Assembly: GCA_048938005.1 (NCBI GenBank) | Contig: JBHLMQ010000007.1 | Location: 63,465-113,196 of the forward strand | Origin: Promethearchaeota archaeon | GTDB taxonomy: Archaea > Asgardarchaeota > Lokiarchaeia > Sigyniarchaeales > SOKP01 | Length of the DNA stretch: 49,732 nucleotides | Direction of reading: 5' to 3' | Shown here: piece after piece, positions 47,250 to 49,732 of the stretch | Layout: each line of letters opens with the position of its first letter | How positions within the stretch are numbered: position 1 is the stretch's first letter | Position numbers and translations under genes: made by a program | The notes under the pieces: generated by a model | Told to the model about the DNA's origin: nothing | The model's database searches: none | What the model saw: the letters and a program-made list of their open reading frames with translations, nothing else

Positions 47250-48749
47250 ATGGATATTGAAGAAAAGTTAGAATTAATGAAAGTTATGTTTAATCCTAAA
47301 AACGTTGCAGTTATTGGAGCAACAGATAATATTATGAAGATTGGTTCTTTTGTATTTGCGAGTGTGTTAGGCTGTGGATTTATGAAGAATCTTTATGGTA
47401 TAAATCCGAGTCCTAGATATGAAAATAAGAAAATACTGGGAAATGATGTCTACCCCTCACTCGATAAATGTCCTGAACCAATTGATCTCGTTGGAATAGT
47501 TGTTCCCCCACATGCTGTGGTAGATTCTGTAAAACAAGCCATTGAAAATGATGTTAGAACAGCAGCCATTATTACTGCAGGATTTGGTGAAGTAAAAACA
47601 GAAGAGAGACAAGATGAAAATAAGGAATTAGTTAAAACAGCTGAAAAGGGAGGAATGATTTTTGTAGGTCCTAATTCTATGGGACTCTATTCATCAGAAG
47701 ATAAAACATCCCCTCTCCATTTAGGATTTGGATATATGATGCCAAGACCTGGAAATTTATCAATTGTTTCTCAATCCGGAACAATCGGAACTGTCTTATG
47801 TAATGCGTTTCAAAATATAAGATATTTTGTATCTAGTGGGAATGAGGCATCCCTAACCTTAGAAGATTATTTAGAATATTATGCTCAGGATCGAGAAACT
47901 AAAACAATAGCTTTATTCGCTGAGGGTTTACGAGCAGGTTCACGATTTAAAGAAATTTGTTCCGAAACTACAAAAACAAAACCAATCATTTTTCTTAAAG
48001 CAGGAACTACTAAAACTGGCGCTAGAGCCGCAAACAGTCATACCGGCTCAATTACAGGCTCATTAGATATTTACAATTCTTTATTTAAACAAATAGGTGT
48101 GATATCGGCAGATCAAATAGAACAATTTATTTATCTAGTTAAGGGAGCACAATATTTATTACCATTACCGACAAATGGACGTCTAAGAGCGGGAATAATT
48201 AGCGGGGGAGGTGGATTTGTCGTTCACCTTACAGATCTTTGTGAAAAACACGGTATTAATGTTGTTGATTTACGAAAAGAGCCAAACGGTCCTAAACTTA
48301 TAGATGATATTTCAAAGCATCTTCCATTTTATTGGAGTCATAATAACCCTGTTGATATGGTTGCTACCGGTGATCCTGGTGTTTATCGGAAGGTTACCGA
48401 ATTAATGTTAAATTCCGATTGTTTTGATGTAATAATTACAATGTCTGCTGCTACATTTCGAGATCGTATGAAGCTCTTAAAACCTATAAATGAGTTCGGA
48501 AAAAAAATGGTTGATATGATGATTCTCCGGGCAAGTAAAAGGTATGATAGAGAGATCGAAAGTGAAATTGAATTAAGCCAGAAATTCCCCAATAAAAGGA
48601 TTATTTATATTTCCTTTGGTACTAGTCTAGGGAGTGTTTCTCTGGAAAAATATGATGAGAATAAAATCATGGTTTTTGGAGGAAATCCTGAGAATGCTGC
48701 TGTTGTTTTAAAAAAACTCTATAACTACCAAAAGTTCGTTAACTCCTAA
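47250..48749 (+). CDS. Acyl-CoA synthetase (NDP-forming) alpha subunit / CoA-binding protein
   Basis: FNPKNVAVIGA, ITAGFGE, GPNSMG, SQSG, SSGNEA and phospho-His SHTG; no ATP-grasp domain. Start likely MDIEEK (47250, GGAG upstream) rather than 47106. Confidence 0.9.
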   Translation: MDIEEKLELMKVMFNPKNVAVIGATDNIMKIGSFVFASVLGCGFMKNLYGINPSPRYENKKILGNDVYPSLDKCPEPIDLVGIVVPPHAVVDSVKQAIENDVRTAAIITAGFGEVKTEERQDENKELVKTAEKGGMIFVGPNSMGLYSSEDKTSPLHLGFGYMMPRPGNLSIVSQSGTIGTVLCNAFQNIRYFVSSGNEASLTLEDYLEYYAQDRETKTIALFAEGLRAGSRFKEICSETTKTKPIIFLKAGTTKTGARAANSHTGSITGSLDIYNSLFKQIGVISADQIEQFIYLVKGAQYLLPLPTNGRLRAGIISGGGGFVVHLTDLCEKHGINVVDLRKEPNGPKLIDDISKHLPFYWSHNNPVDMVATGDPGVYRKVTELMLNSDCFDVIITMSAATFRDRMKLLKPINEFGKKMVDMMILRASKRYDREIESEIELSQKFPNKRIIYISFGTSLGSVSLEKYDENKIMVFGGNPENAAVVLKKLYNYQKFVNS

Positions 48750-48912
48750 ACTCAAACTTGATATATAAAATTATCTAAACACAAGAAAATAAGAAAAAAT
48801 ATAAATTGCGGCTTATAAACATATTCCTTCCTTTCATCTAAAACCAACCAACACTTAAAATTACTTCAAGTTATTGAGTATTAATTTCAAATACGTTTAA
48901 ATCCCATTTTAA

Positions 48913-49176
48913 CTAAAGGTCTCCTCCACTCTTTCTGAAGGATTCTTCCGTTGTCTCCTTGCCTAAAACCAAATAAGACACTTTCTTAACTGTTTCTTTA
49001 GCTTTATACAAAGATTGTATCATCTCCAAAACAACATCATGAAATTCCCCCTCATTCCCTTCAATAATGATAGCTGTAAATTCTTGAGAAAGCTCCTCCA
49101 TCAATCCGTTGAACCTTAAAATTTTCTGTTTTAACTTCTCGATTCTTATATCCTTAATATCCATGGTCTTCTTCAC
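48913..49176 (-). CDS. Small helical hypothetical protein
   Basis: 87-aa ORF with GTG start and helical character. Confidence 0.6.
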   Translation of the reverse strand: MKKTMDIKDIRIEKLKQKILRFNGLMEELSQEFTAIIIEGNEGEFHDVVLEMIQSLYKAKETVKKVSYLVLGKETTEESFRKSGGDL

Positions 49177-49274
49177 TTAATTCAAATATGAAAAGATTAA
49201 CAAGAAATAAAAAACAAGGTGTTTAAAAAAAATTCCGACTATCGATATACTCATCATATATAATTATATCAAAT

Positions 49275-49732
49275 TTACCTTGGTTCTCTTAACATACACC
49301 AAAGAGGTACATCGGTTTCAGGAATTATTGTATATTCAAGTGTTTCGAATCCATATTTCTGGTAAATTGACATAGCTTTTTCTGTATTAGTTTCCACATA
49401 AATCGGTAACCCATCGCTCTCAATTGTATTTAGCATAGTACTTATCAGTAATCCCCCATATCCTTTTCCTTGTTCTTCTGGTTTGACGGCAATATTTTGA
49501 AAATACCAATGGTCATAGGGTGCAAGTTCTTTATGTCTCTCTTCCTCATACTTAAAAACTGTCATAGTTCTTTTCATTGCTTTTAGTTTTAAACCTACTT
49601 TACGCATTGTATAAAAACCACCATGTCTCATCATACTCCAAGTAGATGGATACATCTTATTGGGGGGAAGCCATATTGTAATTCCTTCTAAGTTCTTAGA
49701 TGTAGCATAAGCTAGTCCATATTTTATTCCGT
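49275..49732 (-). CDS. GNAT N-acetyltransferase (puromycin acetyltransferase-like), 5' end outside window
   Basis: HWYFQNIAVKPEEQGKGYG, IYVET, YQKYGF. The frame stays open to the window end (GIKYGLAYATSKNLEGITIWLPP). Confidence 0.9.
   Translation of the reverse strand, partial: GIKYGLAYATSKNLEGITIWLPPNKMYPSTWSMMRHGGFYTMRKVGLKLKAMKRTMTVFKYEEERHKELAPYDHWYFQNIAVKPEEQGKGYGGLLISTMLNTIESDGLPIYVETNTEKAMSIYQKYGFETLEYTIIPETDVPLWCMLREPR

Noticed and set aside
471-48592. Antisense or overlapping ORFs in the track (e.g. 471-707, 5158-5742, 9477-9809, 23008-23616, 26825-27175, 31866-32096, 38518-38736, 44764-45102)
   Set aside because: They are shadows of well-supported genes on the opposite strand or frame, with no recognisable motifs.
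1-49732. CRISPR array, transposase, integrase or provirus at the tRNAs
   Set aside because: I saw no regularly spaced repeats, no recombinase or transposase ORF, and no duplicated tRNA 3' end.

Overview
This very AT-rich archaeal window is best explained as Asgard (Lokiarchaeia/Promethearchaeota) chromosome. The evidence is PolD, an unsplit RpoB, three Rab-like small GTPases (one fused to a roadblock domain) and a Loki-type expanded hypothetical family. The first ~30 kb is core informational material: cdc6/orc1, divergent PolD DP1 and DP2, three tRNAs, thiL, cbf5, rpoH-rpoB, TFE, MBF1, PAN, PUA, NAC, nrdD and mfnA. The rest is metabolic and accessory genes: panB, ilvE, FadH-like, radical SAM, creatininase, ACD alpha and GNATs. 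I found no transposase, integrase, CRISPR array, intein or rRNA. The most interesting signals are: (1) two tiny membrane proteins resembling eukaryotic oligosaccharyltransferase small subunits, an OST5/TMEM258-like protein (strong) and a candidate OST2/DAD1-like protein next to NAC; (2) a possible Whirly-fold ssDNA-binding protein; (3) all three tRNAs carry non-canonically placed introns, with two in tRNA-Leu(GAG); (4) a very Rab1-like GTPase with a long proline-repeat/zinc-ribbon tail; (5) unexplained GC-rich structured intergenic elements at 44.4, 46.2 and 47.0 kb; (6) frequent TTG starts and apparent ATT/ATA starts. All homology calls were made by eye against remembered family motifs; no searches were run.
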